64,000 bases of DNA, taken from the NCBI RefSeq assembly GCF_947568905.1, contig NC_079165.1:25792001-25856000 (forward strand), in the 5' to 3' direction. Below the pieces are notes generated by a model that saw only the letters and a list, made by a program, of their open reading frames with translations, was not told the origin of the DNA and did no database searches. How positions within the stretch are numbered: position 1 is the stretch's first letter; each line of letters begins with the position of its first letter. This document shows, piece by piece, positions 63,443-64,000 of this stretch. The position numbers and the translations under genes were made by a program. The stretch comes from Ostrea edulis. Taxonomy: Eukaryota.

Positions 63443-63729
63443 TAAGTAGATTTTTTTCCCAAAATGTCATGATCACTGACGGGAATGAGTGAAGAATCGC
63501 TCAATTAATTTTGAGAATGTAGATACTGGCAGTGTAGGGGCTAAGTGCGTGTGTAAATATAACCATGTGCTTCTAAACTGGATTTTCACATCGAGTCTAC
63601 TGAATCTAAAGGGGTGTGAAGTTGGAATGTTAGTCCATTCTGTGAGAGAAAGAACTGATCGAGGTCCGTAGGGCCGAGATCAGTTCTTTCTCTCACAGAA
63701 TGGACAGTTTGAAGCTTATATCCTACTTA
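63443..63729. mobile_element. Crypton-like non-autonomous element with a central palindrome
   Basis: taagtagat ... atcctactta ends; perfect 28-bp inverted arms at 63633-63660 and 63678-63705 around gaggtccgtagggccga. Confidence 0.5.
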
Positions 63730-64000
63730 AAACATTACATCTTTTGTTCTAAGAATGGACAGTCTCAGGTAAACCCATTGACAATGATAATTATGAATAA
63801 AGCTATTTTGAATAGTCTGACAATATAACCAGTCTTGCGTAGAATTCTGTTTCTTTTGTTCACCTATTGGACGGTGTCAGGTGAGTAGTCTCTATAGTAT
63901 TGAGCCATATCAACTTGTCTTCCTCTGATGGGGAGAGCATTTTCATTGCACAGTCAAAATTGAAGGATTTTAGTGAAAGTATTGCAAATATTCTGGATAT

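Overview
AT-rich animal genomic DNA with GT-AG introns and many interspersed and tandem repeats. The repeat families (HindIII/Cg170-like ~165-bp cores in Helentron-type elements, TTAA-flanked Kolobok-type elements) suggest a bivalve, probably an oyster; this is an inference. Supportable genes: an intronless-CDS GPR21/GPR52-like class A GPCR (-), the first two coding exons of a DPP7-like S28 peptidase (-), a complete six-exon AGPAT1/2-like acyltransferase (+), and three divergent single-coding-exon RING / B-box-like / NHL-propeller genes (+,-,+) that lack the TRIM coiled coil. The most notable observations are: (1) the coiled-coil-less RING-NHL trio, each with a splice acceptor exactly 14 nt before the ATG, next to genes whose human relatives map to the MHC paralogon; (2) a minisatellite flanked by a 17-bp duplication that rewrote the C-terminus of one trio gene; (3) an RTE insertion with a 14-bp TSD and a fold-back copy of its own flank; (4) a minimal hammerhead ribozyme in a Penelope-like palindrome; and (5) a 4-kb TTAA-flanked element with long diverged inverted arms. 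All family assignments come from motif recognition, not database searches.
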